This document shows positions 38,127 through 51,341 of a stretch of DNA of 64,000 nucleotides, piece after piece. The notes under the pieces were generated by a model, which ran no database searches, had not been told where the DNA came from, and worked only from the letters and a program-made list of their open reading frames with translations. Numbering within the stretch: position 1 is the stretch's first letter; each line of letters begins with the position of its first letter. The DNA is from Cetorhinus maximus (Eukaryota), in assembly GCF_964194155.1 (NCBI RefSeq), contig NC_135890.1:90396001-90460000 (forward strand), written 5' to 3'. The position numbers were made by a program, and so were the translations under genes.

Positions 38127-39201
38127 TAGGTTAAACTTAAGTTTGATAACAACACACTATTTGTATTGCTCACCCACTAATTAGTTAATTCCCACTTTCA
38201 CCAAATTCCTGCTTTGTTGAGCAAGTTATCCTCTGATTAATATCAACAATTTAGGCAAAAAAACTTTTATTTCAATTGCAATTATTTTCTGGTCAGTATA
38301 TTGTTCCTATTGAGTTATCGAATTGAACATTTTTATTTCTTGCACTAATCTCAGCTTCGGATGCAACTAGCCCTAATATCGCATGTGTTATGTTCAGAAT
38401 AAAGCATTTTTTCATTTTCTAATTGCCTTAAGAAGGTGGTAGTGAGCCACCTTCTTGAATGACTGAAGTCCATCTGGTGCAGCTACACTCACTGTGCGCA
38501 CCTTACAAATTGTACCTTAGCCTCAATTTATTGTACTAGTATGACGCAAGTCATTTTTATGGCCTAAGTATGGCTGTCAATTGATCAAATGCAGGCAGAC
38601 TTGGGGATGAGTTTTCTCATCCAAAGTTTAAACCTCTATTAGCATTGCTAGCTCTAAATTCTCTATCACTACAACTCTACAACCCCAACTCCATTTCTCT
38701 CATTGCCTCTTGAGCATCTTCCTCCCTTTGGCAACATTGGCCGACGTGCCTTTTGCCACTTAGGGCATATACTGTTGCATTCTCTCCATTTCCCTTGCCT
38801 CCTTTAAAACTTCCCTTAAAATCCACCTCCGTGACTAAGCTTTTGGTTATCTACAGCCCTGTCTCCCTGATATCTCCTTTGGCTTAGTGTCGATTTTTTC
38901 CCCCTCATTATGCTTCTGAAACATCTCAGGACATCTTTTTACATTAAAAAGGACTGTAAGTGCAAGCTCCTGTTAGCAAGAAATTCCAGTTCTAATATTC
39001 AGCAGTTAAACAATCCCATTGTGCAGTACTGAACCATACAAAACAAGATTTTCCAGAATTGATCCCTGGGTAGCAGTACGTTAGCCAATGTCAGCCAAAG
39101 AAAATGATTGCTACAACTACTTTTAACACCTAGCCAGCGAATAAATACAGTCAGAAGTAGAGGTATGTGAACATGGGCTGAAAACAACATGATTATACTT
39201 T

Positions 39202-39384
39202 GGAGAGAGAAACAAAGTTAACGTTTCGAGTCCGTATGACCCTTCTTCAGAGCTGAAGAAGGCTTATACGGACTCGAAACGTTAATGTTGTTTTTCTCTC
39301 CACAGGTGCTTTCAGATTTGCTGAGCTTTTCCAGCATTTTCTGTTTTTGTTTCAGATTTCCAGCATCTGCAGTATTTTGATTTT
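39202..39384. mobile_element. 183-bp Penelope-derived insertion with inverted terminal duplication
   Basis: Arms 39201-39250 and 39253-39302 are imperfect inverted repeats; 13-bp TSD ATGATTATACTTT at 39189-39201 and 39385-39397. Confidence 0.85.
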
Positions 39385-40073
39385 ATGATTATACTTTAGC
39401 AGGGATGTTCCCTCTGCCCTTCAACAAATAACATTTGGGCAAGGTACCAGTTATAGAATTATAAGTGTTCATTTTCAAGAAAGAAGTAATAGAAGTGAAT
39501 TGCTGAAAACAAAACTTCCTAAATCCAATCTACTTTGAGACATTCAAAAAGGAATGAGACTGTTACCTGAAAAGGAGGAATGTGCAGGGTTACAGGGATA
39601 AGGCAGGAGAATGGCATTAAGTAAAATGCTCATTTGGAGAGCTGGTGCAGACACAATGGACTGAACAGCCTCCTTCTGCACCGTAACAATTCTGTGATTA
39701 TGAACTCTAGATACTAATGGCTATCAGAGAGAACACTTTCACTTCGGCAGTACGAGCAAGATTTAAACTTGGGTGTTAAGGTAAAGGAACATGGAATGCA
39801 TCTTCTGGTCCTACAGTACAATTACATTTGTGATTGCAAGCACTGTAGCCATATGTGTGAACAGGTGACTATATTTCAGTGTGAGGGAGAAATTGGAGGA
39901 CTAAAGTTTTGTCTGTCTCGTTGCCCTGTATATGTTGCCAAAGGGATAGGACATTATATTCAGTGGTAAATTTAATTAGCTGTGGTTTTAAAAATCCTAT
40001 TCCCATTTTAGCACAATAAAATATATTTTAATTGTATCTTGAACATCATATATACTTTAAATTGTATGACCAG

Positions 40074-40307
40074 ATGTTGAAGAAGAGCGAGATAATTCGG
40101 AAGCTCAAAACCAACTTGCTTCAACTTGACTTGTTCTCGGAAGATTACATTCGTCAGGTTAAACAAGATGCAGAAAAACAACAGCTATCTGATCAGAGAG
40201 ATTCAGAAGGGAGAATTGCCAAATACCAAGAAGAAATGTCTCAGCTCCGAACTCAGTTGAACAACTCGATAATAGAACACAGAGAATCTGAAGTAGCTTT
40301 AAGAAAG
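40074..40307 (+). CDS. IQCD: IQCD/DRC10 coding exon 2 (coiled coil)
   Basis: cag|ATGTTGAAG...AGAAAG|gtagag; 234 nt, phase 0/0; MLKKSEIIRKLK...EHRESEVALRK. Confidence 0.9.
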
Positions 40308-40429
40308 GTAGAGTGTCATGCTCCAATAGCAGCCATTATCAAATACAACCATACCATGTGATTTGCATTTTTTGTGGAAATACATAATTATTTTTGATGG
40401 CCAGGTGATTTAAAATAAAAATCCAACCA

Positions 40430-42060
40430 AAGAAACAGGAGTAGGCCATTTAGCCCCTCGAGCCTTTTCCACCATTCATTGAGATCATGCGTCTTAACTC
40501 CATATTTATTACCTGCCTTTGCTTTAATTCCCTTCATACTTATGGCTAGCAAAAATCTATCCATTTCAGATTTAAAGTTAACAATTAATTTAACATCGGC
40601 AATACAAGATGTTGTTTATGGAAGAGAGTTCCAAACTTCCAATACCCTTTGTGTGTACAAATGTTTCCTAATTCCTGAAATGTCTGGCTCTAACTTACTA
40701 TATCCCCAGTCCCGGACACCCTAACCAAAAGAGTTTCTCTCTATCTACCATGTCTGCTCCTGTTAATATATTGAAAGTTTTGATCAAATCACCCCTTAAC
40801 CTTCCAAGTTCCAGGGAATACAACTCTAGTTTGTGTAATCTCTCTGTAATTTAAATCTTGGAGGCTCATAGTACTCTAGGTGTGGTCTTACCAGGGCTTT
40901 GTATAGCTATTGCATGGCTTCTATCCCCTTGTATTCTAGTCCTTTAGACTGTTGTGGAGTATCTAAAGACACTCGACACAGAGTCAGCTGTAGGTGAATC
41001 AAGCAGCAGTTTATGCAATACAAGTATGCACCCAGGGGAATGCACTCTTAGAAAGCTCTAAGAGGCTATTCAAAGATACCGTTTCCATCATGTACTTATA
41101 CCATCTTTGTGATGCTTTACCACTAACTGTCATTGTTTTTATCTTGTATGCCTAGTTCAGTACGTCCGCAATTACATGTGAGTTTACAAAATAGTCATGG
41201 AATGACCTGATCCTTAACACAAACGATGCCCATAGTTAGTGAATCATGAACTTTGCATTATCTACTCTGATGATTTACTACATTGTCCAGTCATCTGCAT
41301 ATCTTAGCCTGGCCCTAATGGTCACGTTCCTTAGCTTATCATGGCCTGGCCCATTGTTTGGTCATCAACGCCTCACCTGACCCAAAGGTCACATTCCTTA
41401 CTACGTCCACTCTAGCGTTTTTTTCAAACTGCAAGCACTTTTAAATCTTAAACCAGCATTTAGTCAAGCCTGAGTAATCCCATGATATGCCACTTCAAGA
41501 TATAAAGTAGCCTATTAGCTTATTTGATTATTTTCTGTACCTGTTCATGACCTTTTAATGATCTATGCACCTGGACCCCAAATCTCTTTGGACCTCTATT
41601 GTTTGTAGCTTTTCAGCATTTAGAAAGAACCTTGTTCCATCCTTTTAGGTACAAAGTGGATGACCTCACATTTGCCTACATTAAAATCCATTTTCCACAG
41701 TATTGCCCATTCCCTTAATCTATAATCATTTTATATTTCCATCTACAGTGCTTACAATGTCACCATCTTTGAGCCATTGGCAAATTTGCATTTACGTGGC
41801 ATTCTATTCCATCATCCAAGTTGTTAATAAATACAGTCAATAGTTGAGGACCTAACACAAGTCAATACAGGACACTCTAGTCACATTCTTCCATTTAGAG
41901 TGCCTGCATATTAGACCTATTCTTTGTTTCCTTCCACTCAGACAATTTCTTAACCAGATCAATAATTTGCCTTCAATTTTATAGGTTTCAAGTTAAGCTA
42001 ACAGTGTCTTTATCAGAGACTTCAGGTCAATATAATAATGCCCTGTCCTCTACTTTAGTG
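40430..42060 (-). mobile_element. Decayed CR1 ORF2 3' region, host of solo LTR copy 2
   Basis: Reverse-complement CR1 tail (gaaacaggagtaggccatttagcccctcgagcc) and RT-like segments on both sides of the LTR. Confidence 0.65.
40950..41497 (-). mobile_element. Solo LTR (copy 2), 548 bp, possibly ERV1-like
   Basis: Minus strand runs TGAAGTGG...CCACAACA; 4-bp TSD AGAC/AGAT (one mismatch); interrupts a CR1; homologous to 5881-6499. Confidence 0.75.
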
Positions 42061-42320
42061 TCCTAGGCTCAACTATCTTCACCTGCTTCACCAATGACCT
42101 TCCCTCCAACATAAGGTCAACAGCAGGATGTTCATTAATGATTGCAAAGTTAATTAAATTCGCACCTCCTCAGATATTGAACTAGACCGTGGCCAGACAC
42201 AGTAACACTAGGGCAACGTTCAGGCTTGGCCTGAAGAAGGTTAAGGGATGATTTTCTAGTTATCTGGATTAATTTTTTTGTTGCCTGAATTTGACATCAC
42301 ATCTTTATGGCTTATTTTAG

Positions 42321-42392
42321 CGAAAATACAAAATTGAAACTGAGATTGAAAACTGGATACAGAAGTATGATGCTGACCTACAAGAAAAACAG
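42321..42392 (+). CDS. IQCD: IQCD/DRC10 coding exon 3
   Basis: ttttag|CGA...CAG|gtacat; 72 nt; [24 protein letters not shown], a highly conserved DRC10 motif (not in the ORF track). Confidence 0.92.
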
Positions 42393-43194
42393 GTACATTT
42401 GATGGCAAAGGATCGTGAGATCCTTAAGAGATGTTCTCTTTATTCTTTTCTTTTTGTACAATAACTATGAAGTTACTGTTCTTTAGTGTCTTGTAGAAAG
42501 AATGCAACTTTTGACAGAGTAAGGCCTGGGTAGTAGAGATTATATTAAAAATCTAATTAATAATTTGATGAATATTTCACTATCGTTAACACTGAAATCA
42601 AGGTAGAGAACTAAGTGGTACAACATAGGAAGATTTTTTTTCTGAATTGCTTGTACTAATTTTCCCCAAGGAAACATTTGATCTTGCAAGGGCTTGTGCC
42701 ATAATAGAAAACATGCGACTTTTTCCCTGTAAAAACATACTCAGCAAATACTAGCTAATCACTGAAAAAGAAAGTTCAAAAATCTGATACTGGTGAGAGA
42801 TCGGGACAATTCAAGGTGCTCTTACATGCCTTTGAACATCCTGTGTAGCAGAAGGATTGACAGAGCAATCTGTCATCAGAATTTCATCAGAAATGGTGAG
42901 AGAGGCCTGCAATTGAAGAAGGCTAAACACAAATTCATCCAATAAGTGTTTGAAATACCAAACTATAGTCACCTATGAGATATTTTTTTGATGTTTGTTG
43001 AAAGATATTGTCACGGAAAAATATCTCTAAAAGTCAATTTAATATAGTGTTTGAATAAAATACTCATTTGACACTGGATTTGCTTTAATATTCAATAAAA
43101 ACAGATCAGTTTGTTAGTTTCATAATTGTTAAGTACTCCACGGTGTTAAAACCAATGTATTACTAAAATGTATTAAAAATGTGCATCCTACCAG

Positions 43195-43467
43195 GATGAA
43201 TACGAGAACCTCCTTAAAATACATACTGAAGAAGCAGTTCTGCTGTTCGAACTAGAACAAAAGATGAACATGCTTGAACCAGAATATTCTCAGATTGTAG
43301 AAGAAAGAAAGATTAAGGCAGAGGAAAAAAAGGCCAAAGAGCAGCAAGCATATCTTATGGGAAAAGCAGCTGTCACAATCCAGTCTTTCTGGAAAGGTTA
43401 CAAAGTGCGCCAACTGTTGAAAGCATTGAAGAAAAAGAAAAAGGGAAAAGGCAAAAAGAAAAAATGA
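43195..43467 (+). CDS. IQCD: IQCD/DRC10 last coding exon (IQ motif, Lys-rich tail)
   Basis: ccag|GATGAATAC...; IQ motif AAVTIQSFWKGYKVRQLL; ends KKKKKGKGKKKK-stop. Spliced CDS is 435 aa. Confidence 0.92.
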   Translation, partial: DEYENLLKIHTEEAVLLFELEQKMNMLEPEYSQIVEERKIKAEEKKAKEQQAYLMGKAAVTIQSFWKGYKVRQLLKALKKKKKGKGKKKK

Positions 43468-43492
43468 AGACAGTGAGGAGATTCAAGAGCAG

Positions 43493-43516
43493 AATAAAAA
43501 AATGTGAAAAAATAAA
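43493..43516 (+). terminator. Candidate IQCD polyadenylation signals
   Basis: AATAAA at 43493-43498 and 43511-43516; further AATAAA occur downstream, so the used site is uncertain. Confidence 0.35.
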
Positions 43517-44249
43517 AGCATGTATCCTCCCAAGTTTTTTTTGTATACCATTGAAACATTTTTCTTATTATTACTGTATACATTTAAATAACGTATCCTA
43601 TAGCCTCCAAAAATTAAAATACGTCTTCAACTTTCCTTGTTGTGCATCAGCATATCTGATAGTTACCTCAGTTGTTGATTAAATGGTGCCTTTTTCTCTC
43701 AAATGGTTTTCTACTTTCCATTATTCACCACCATATTGGAGAAAAACATATTCTCCTCAATTATATTCTACCAAGAAATCTACCCAATAACAATGTGGCG
43801 AAAATTATTTTCCTAGATAAAGTCATTACACAATAATTTTGTTATAGTAGTGTTACTTTAAATGTTGTGAATTCTGAAGTGAAGGGATTAATGCTGCAAG
43901 AAATAAAATGGTGAAATTAACTGTAACTCTAGTCACAACACACTCACTTAGAAGAGCAGGGCCTCTGCAAGATTCAAACTTGATTTAAAAGCCCAGCTTC
44001 ACTATGCATCCAGTAGTGTTTTACTCCCAGGCTTAAACTTCAAAATTTTCTTCTTTTTTGCTAATGGACCCACCTTCAATCTGCTTGACAATCACCCCAA
44101 ATATCAGTTAGATACCCACACTCAGACCAAGACTTGCTGTGGTATCCACACCGAGCTGTTCTGCACAACTGACTTCCTCAGCCTGCAAATTATGCTGCAG
44201 GAGATGTGCTAATTTGAAGATCTAATAAAATGTACCATTCCATATATCC

Positions 44250-45240
44250 TTTTTTTTAATTCATTCATGGGATGTGGGCTTCGGTGGCTGGGCCAGCATT
44301 TATTGCTCATCCCTTGTTGCCCTTGAGAAGGTGGTGGTGAGCTGCCTTCTTGAACCGCTGCAGTCCATGTGGTGTAGGTATACGCACAGTGCTGTTAGGT
44401 AGTTCCAGGATTTTGACCCAGCAACAGTGAAGGATGGTGAGTGACTTGGAGGGAAACTCCAGGTGGTGGTGTTCCCATCTATCTGCTGCCCTTGTCCTTC
44501 TAGATGGTAGTGGTCATGGCTTTGGAAGGTGCTGTCGAAGGAGCCTTGGTGAGTTCCTGCAGTGCATCTTGTAGATGGTACACTCTGCTGCTACTGTGCA
44601 TCGGTGGTGGAGGGAGTGAATGTTCGTAGATGATGTGCCAATCAAATGTGCTGCTTTGTCCTGGATGGTGTCAAGCTTCTTGAGTGTTGTGGGAGCTGCA
44701 CTCATCCAGGCCAGTGGGGAGTATTCCATCACACTCCTGACTTGTGCCTTGTAGATGATGGAGAGGTTTTGGCGAGTCAGGAGGTGAGTTACTCGTCGCA
44801 GGATTCCTAGCCTCTGAGCTGCTCTTGTAGCCACAGTATTCATATGGCTAGTCTAGTTCAGTTTCTGGTCAATGGTAACCCCCAGGATGTTGATAGTGGG
44901 GATTCAGTGATGGTAATGCCATTGAACATCAAGGGGCGATGGTTAGATTCTCTCTTATTGGAGATGGCCATTGCCTGACACTTGTGTGGCACGAATGTTA
45001 GTTGCTGCTTGTTAGCCCAAACCTGGATACTGTCCAGGTCTTGCTGCATTTTGACATAGACTGCTTCTGTATCTGAGGAGTCATGAATGATGCTGAACAT
45101 TGTGCAATCAGCAGCAAACATCCCCACTTCTGACCTTATGATGGAAGGAAGGTCATTGATGAAGCAGCTGATGACAGTTGGGCCAAGGACACTACCCTGA
45201 GAACTCCTGCAGTGATGGCCTGGAGCTGAGATGACTGACC
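44250..45240 (-). mobile_element. 5'-truncated copy of the SINE-headed LINE family
   Basis: SQGSVLGPTVISCFINDLPSIIRSEVGMFAAD; IYKAQVRSVMEYSPLAW; tail poly-T at 44250. Confidence 0.92.
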
Positions 45241-45790
45241 TAATGTTTGGGGTCCCCTTATCTAAGGAAATATATAATGGCATTGGAGGCGGCCCAGAGA
45301 AGGTTCACTAGGTTGATTCCTAGTATGGAGGGATTTTCTTATGAGGAGAGGTTGAGTAGGTTAGGCCTGTACTCATTGGAGTTTAAAAGAATGAGAGGCG
45401 ACCTTATTGAAACATATAAGATTCTTAGGGGGTTTGACAGGTTAGTTACTGAGAGGTTGTTTCCCCTTGTGGGAGAGTCTAGGACCAGAGGGCATAATCT
45501 CAGAGTAAGGGGTCGCCCATTTAAAACAGAGATGAGGAGGAATTTCTTCTCTAAGAGGGAAGTTAATCTGTAGAGTTCTTTACTGCAGAGGGCCGAAGAA
45601 GCTGGGTCGTTAAGTATATTCAAGGCAGAGATGGACAGATTTTTAATCAGTAAGGGAATCGAGGGTTATGGGGAAAAGACAAGAAAGTGGAATTGAGGAT
45701 TATCAGATCAGCCATGATCTCATTGAATGGCGGAGCAGACTCGATGGGCCAAATAGCCTACTTCTGCTCCTATGTTTTATGGTCCTTTGG
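45241..45790 (+). mobile_element. CR1 ORF2 C-terminus and 3' end
   Basis: SPYLRKYIMALEAAQRRFTRLIP...YEERLSRLGLYSLE..RMRGDLIETYKIL; CR1 tail. Confidence 0.9.
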
Positions 45791-46688
45791 TCTGAAATCA
45801 CGTAATAATTCATTTACAAATATAAAGATTCACAAAGGAGAAAAAAAATCCAAAAAGTGATTCAATTTACTTAATTTTTAAAAATTATTTGAATATATAT
45901 TTCTACTAATAGCTCAAACATGATTTACACTGTATATTTTTATATGTACACAATTACTAGACACAGGTGCATTATTGGAATGGTATTAAGTAAAATAATG
46001 GTCAATAGCAAAAAAAATTACATATAATAATTTAATAAATGATATATTGATTTCAATGTAGCTTCCATTATGATACTATAGATAGCCTTCAAACTCCTAT
46101 AGTGTAAAAAATAGTCAGCTCCTGGGCTGGAAACTTGTAAAATTACAAAATTACTATTTAACATTAAAGAAAGAAAAAGATAGAATTTGCATTTATATGG
46201 CAACTTGCATACTGTCAGGACATCTTAAGTGTTTTATAGTCAATCAATTATAGGCTAATATGGCAGTTAATATGCATGCAGCACAAAGCCCCACAAACAG
46301 CTGTAAGCTAAATGTCTGCAGCCAGAACACCAGAAGAATTTACCAATGTCAAGGGATCTTTTATATCCACGTTATTAGGCAGATGGGCAGTAGTTGGTCT
46401 GATGTATTTTCCAAAAAAGACATTAACAATGCAGCATCCTTTAGTACTGCGTTGAAGTACCAGCCTCAATTATGTGCTTAATCCAAGAGTAGGGTTTGAA
46501 TCCATGACCTTCAGACTCAGAGACAGGAGCACTACTGAGGCATCTGAACCAAACATTCACTTCATAAACAGGAACACTGCAGCAAACCAAGAATAAATTT
46601 TAGAAAACACCTTCAACATTGTCATAGGGAATGACTGACATGAAACAAAGGCCAATCTTTACCCCCACGATAAAAGTTCGCTCCAAAG

Positions 46689-47679
46689 GGGCTGGATTTT
46701 ACCAGGCAATGTATTCTCTGCTCCGCCCATTCCTACCCCCTTCCCCAACTAAAAAGCTGCTATGGGACCTGGTCACCCTGCAGCCATTTTATGCTCAAAG
46801 CTGTGTTAATTGTTTTAAGGTCACGAGTTCCACCACTATCTTGGGAGGAGATCCCGCCTTAAAAAGTGGCCAGTCAATCCGATAGCCTTGCAGCTCTGTA
46901 GTCCCAGCAGTGACAGTTTTGAGCAGTAACCATTGCTAGGACTACAAGCAGTCCCAGAACAGGGGAGGCGGTGGTGGTGGTATTGTCACTGGACTGGTAT
47001 TCTAGAGATCCAGGGTAATGCTCTGGGGAGCTGGGTTCGAATGATGGTGAAATTTGAATTCAATAAAAATCTAGAATTGAAAGTCTGATGATGGCCATGA
47101 AACCATTGCCAATTGTTGTAAAAACCCATCTGGCATTAGGGAAGGAAATCTGTCCCTACCTGTGACTCCAGACCCACAGCAATGTGGTTGGCTCTTAAAA
47201 TGCCCTCTGAACAAGAGTAATTAGGGATGGGCAATAAATGCTGGACTAGGCAGCACAAACAGACGAATAAATAAAGAGGTTATGGAGACAAATTTCAAGG
47301 TAATTCTGGTGTATTGGCAGGCCCTGGCTGGCAGGTCCCATTGAGGAGGCCAGGGCCTGGATTTCAGGGGCTGGAGAAGGATTAAAGGGGGGGCTATGAC
47401 CGTTGAGGGGGTGCCTCCAAGTGGCACACCCAAAGGAGATTCTTCCCTGTTTCCCAACACACCAGCTCAAGCACTAAAAGCTGCCGGGCTCCCCACCTGG
47501 CGTGGGCCTCTCCCTGCCATAGGTAAAATAACAGTGAAGGTGGAATGAGGCACTTAAGCGGCCTCCCCACCCATCATAAAATTGGAGATGGTTGGGGCAG
47601 GTGGGAAGGGTACATTCTACGAGCTTCCCCTGCCACCCCCACCTTCAAACACGCTAGCAGGGGACCATAAATACAGCCC
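46689..47679. mobile_element. PIF/Harbinger-type MITE containing a SINE
   Basis: Imperfect TIRs GGGCTGGATTT / AAATACAGCCC; 3-bp TSD AAG on both sides. Confidence 0.7.
46962..47275 (+). mobile_element. Near full-length tRNA-derived SINE (MetaSINE-like core, recalled from memory)
   Basis: Head plus B box GGTTCGAAT, core aaaaacccatctgg...agggaaggaaatctg, and tail agggatgggcaataaatgctgg shared with the LINE at 20064-23334. Confidence 0.85.
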
Positions 47680-48339
47680 AAGAAAGTCTATCAGGGTTTA
47701 TTATCCAAGGAAACCCCAAGAGACTGCAAAGTATTCGTATGGGTAGATAAAAATGCACTCTTTGCTAACTTGGCAAAAGACAGTTTAGGCGAGTATTTGC
47801 CCTGCAGCGTCACAAAACTGCTCCAATTACATCGAGGATGGTCAGCAATGATCACAACTTGTTATCTCCTGAATAAACTTCACAGAGGAGAAGAACAGTT
47901 TTTTTTTGTTCTTTAAGATAGTTCCACTTGTACATATGCTTTCTGAAAACTCATGCATGCTCTGTTATCTTATAATCTTTGGATACCCTATATTTTGTTT
48001 CATGAAAACAGATTTATAATGACTAGAGGACCAAAAGCATAAACCTTGAATTCACTGTTGATTAGTTCCCATTCTATCATAGGCTTCAAGACTACTACCA
48101 GATTAATATGGGGAGTTAGTGTGTCTTTAACTGTGCATTATTTGGTACCAATAGATTATTAAATCCTAGTGATCCGGTGAAGGGAAAAACATAAATGGTG
48201 TTTTAAGACGGCAACATATCGTACCACTGTTGTTGTGAATTGCATTTTTCACCAACAAGTATATGTGACTCCTGCACTTCCAATGCAGTGAAAGAACAAT
48301 TATTATGAAAATATTGCACTAAAATCTGCCAATGTATTA

Positions 48340-49690
48340 GGAATTAAAGCAGGCTATTCAACCCCTTGGGGCCCGTTCTGCCATTCAATCAGATCTCACT
48401 GATTTGCGCCTCTGCATTACCTGCCTCTGTTCCATTGCCATTGATTACCTTCCTGAACAAAAAATCCATCTTTCTCAGTCTTGAAAATTCCAATTTCAAT
48501 TGTCCCAGTATTCACACCCTTTCAAAGAGTGTTCCAGATTTCCACTTCCCTTTGTGTGAAACAGTGCTTCCTGATTTTGCTTCTGAATGGCCTAGCTTTA
48601 TTTGGAATATTATGCCCCCTTGTTCTGGATTCCCCAAATGAAAGAATTAGTTTCTTTGGATCTACCCTTTAGAGTTTTCCTTGTCATTTTAGACACCTCA
48701 ATTAGATCATCCCTCAACCATCTAAGCTCAAGGGAATACAAGCCAAATTCATGCAACTAGTCATACAAACATATATATGAACATATAATTTAGGGGCAGG
48801 CGTAAGCCATTCAGCCTCTCGAGTCTGCTCCACCATCTGATAAGATTGTAGCCTCAACTCCATTTTCCTGTCTACCCCTATACCCTTTGACTCCCTTGTC
48901 AATCAAGGATCTATCTAAGTCAGCCTTAAAAATATTCAATAAACTGCTCTTCACTGCTCTCTGAGGAAGTGAATTCCACAAATGAACAGCCCTCAGAAAA
49001 AGTTTCTCTTTATCTCTGTCTTAAATGGGAGACCCCTTATTTTAAAACCATGACTCCTAGGTCTAGTCTCTCCCACAAGGGGAAACATCTTCTCATCCTG
49101 TCAAGTCCCCTCAGGATCTTATATGTTTCTCATTTTTCTAAACTCCAATGAATATAGGCCCAGCCTGCCCAATCTTTTCTCAGAAATTAGCCCCTTCATT
49201 CCAGGAATCAGTTGAGTGAATCTTCTCTGGACTGCTTCTAATGCTATTATATCTTTTCTCAAGTAAGGTGACCAAAACTGTATATAGTACGCCAGATGTG
49301 GTTTGTCCTCTTAATTAAACCTTTAAGGTTGGAATTATTGTGCTGAAACTGTGTACTCCACCCAAGGTGAATATATATTTCCCCAAGATGCAGTGCAACT
49401 AAGTGAAGTACTCCAAATGGGATCTGACCAAGGCTCAATATAACTTAAGTATAACTTCCTTCCCTTTGCATTCCAGCCCCTATAAGATAAATGCCAGCAT
49501 TTCATTAGCCTCTTGACTGTTTTTCTGCCCACTAGCTTTTAATGATTGCAGACCTGGACATCTAAATCTTGTTGCCCTTCTATAGTTCCTAGTTTTTCAC
49601 TTATAAGAAAATGTTCCAATTTGTCTTTCTTGGGTCCTCACACTTCCTCAAACTGAGCTCCATCTGCCATAGTTTTGCCCACTCACTTAA
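48340..49690 (-). mobile_element. Nested decayed CR1 3' fragments
   Basis: Two reverse-complement CR1 tails (about 48345 and 48790) and ORF2 C-terminal remnants. Confidence 0.6.
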
Positions 49691-49865
49691 ATGAACATGA
49701 TTTTTGAAAAAAAAATTCATAATTAGTAGGTTTTTTTTACAATCAACCAAAAAAGACACCATTGTTTCATGGTACTTAGAAATCTGAAAACGTAGCTACC
49801 ACCTCACTCCAAAGTGGCTTCGGAAATACCTCATTCTCTTTTATACCCCAATCCAGTCATTATCT

Positions 49866-50424
49866 TTAGTACTTCCAGGGTGGGTTTTTTGTGACAGAAC
49901 CTGTTGTCTTGGGTTGGTTGGATGAAACAGAATCTGACATACTACCAGGTCTCCACCTATTGTAATGCTGTGGTCCTGAGAGTAAAGTAAAAGCTGAAAT
50001 TGGTCTATACTGCAACTGCTCTGTATTCCCAGCAGTGTATGTGGAATCTGCTTTGACTATTATTTTTCTAGAGTTGTGCATCCTAGTTAAAGACTGTGAT
50101 CGTTCTCGAATAGGGGTATCATTAACAGAGTCACTATCACTGTTTGGCCTCTTCCAGTAATCTGCTTTATCTCTGTATTCAGCGATAAAGTCAGTAGAAG
50201 ATTCTTTTGTGACTGGATAAAGTGGTTTCACTGGATTTCCTTTGGCAGGTGAGAACTGAGAACAAAATTCATTTGAGCTAATTTTCTGTACTGAGGGAGT
50301 CCACAGGAGTGGCCGAATCTTTATTTTATCTTCTTCTGCAGTCCATGGTGCCTCCCAGCCTGGGTCCTCTTGCTTTGAGCCAAAAAGAGACTCGTCACAA
50401 TAGCTGGGCATACGGCATTTTAAC
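49866..50424 (-). CDS. RITA1: RBPJ-interacting and tubulin-associated protein 1, last coding exon
   Basis: Acceptor tttctttaaccaag|G; (R)LKCRMPSYCDESLFGSK...RPLLWTP...RSQSLTRM...KNPPWKY-stop matches the RITA1 motifs PSYCDESLFG, LLWTP and terminal PPWK. Confidence 0.93.
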
Positions 50425-51341
50425 CTTGGTTAAAGAAAAAAATAAAGAGAACATAATATTCAATCAAAGCACAAGACATCAATTTTTTAAAAATTACATT
50501 CTGGCTGCATTAGCTCTGCTTGGGGTCTATTTATTAAGATGGATTGTACTATTGTACATCTGCAATTTTGAAACAATGAGCAAATCTCTTAGCCAATATT
50601 CCAACTGGCTTTTTACTCACATGATACAGAATAAACTTCACTCTTTTGGTTTAAACAGAATGTTTCATGAAAGTGTTCCTTCAGTTCATCTAAAAAATTT
50701 GCTAGCACGATTAAGAACAGATGCTGAACAAACAAAACACAGCTTGGCAAGACTGTTCAACATAACTGGCCTCAAGATATTACAAGATATCAGTACTATG
50801 ACTGAAAGTCGCTAAATTTAAATTGAAACTAATCATGGCTACATAAGTTGAATAAAGAATTATCAATTCAATGGTGCCTTTTGTGTATCACTTTATTGAC
50901 TATTCTGCAGAAATGAAAGCATCTCTTTAAGCTGGATTCATTTCATGATGCTGGAATGTGACAAAACTATTTGGACTTGGCTTTTATATTTTCTAATCCA
51001 AAGAACATTTGATAAATTAAATTTGGTACAAATGATTTAGCATTCTGTTTTTACAAAAAGGTTGTTCTATATTTTTAGATGTACAAATTCTAAAGAAAAT
51101 AAAGACACAAGAACTTGGATATGGCCTGAAAACTGGCACAGGTGTGGCAATGTGCGTTAAATTTTTATTGAATACCAGCTCTACCCATGTTGTTCACTGG
51201 CTGCCTCGATCAATAAGGAGTCAATATTCCAAGTGTTATTGCAACTTAAAGGCAACCATCACCTCCTAAAAGGGAGGTGCACTGTGGCAACAAGTGGTGC
51301 AAGTTTTTTCAAGACTGAATCAGTGCTGTGATACTTTAGCA

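Noticed and set aside
43948-44221. Minus-strand exon-like segment (ttttattag ... |gtgagt) downstream of IQCD
   Set aside because: Weak acceptor, no ORF, and no linkable exons.
50309-50815. 168-aa plus-strand ORF antisense to RITA1
   Set aside because: Non-ATG start, no recognisable motifs, and it spans an AT-rich intron; likely chance.
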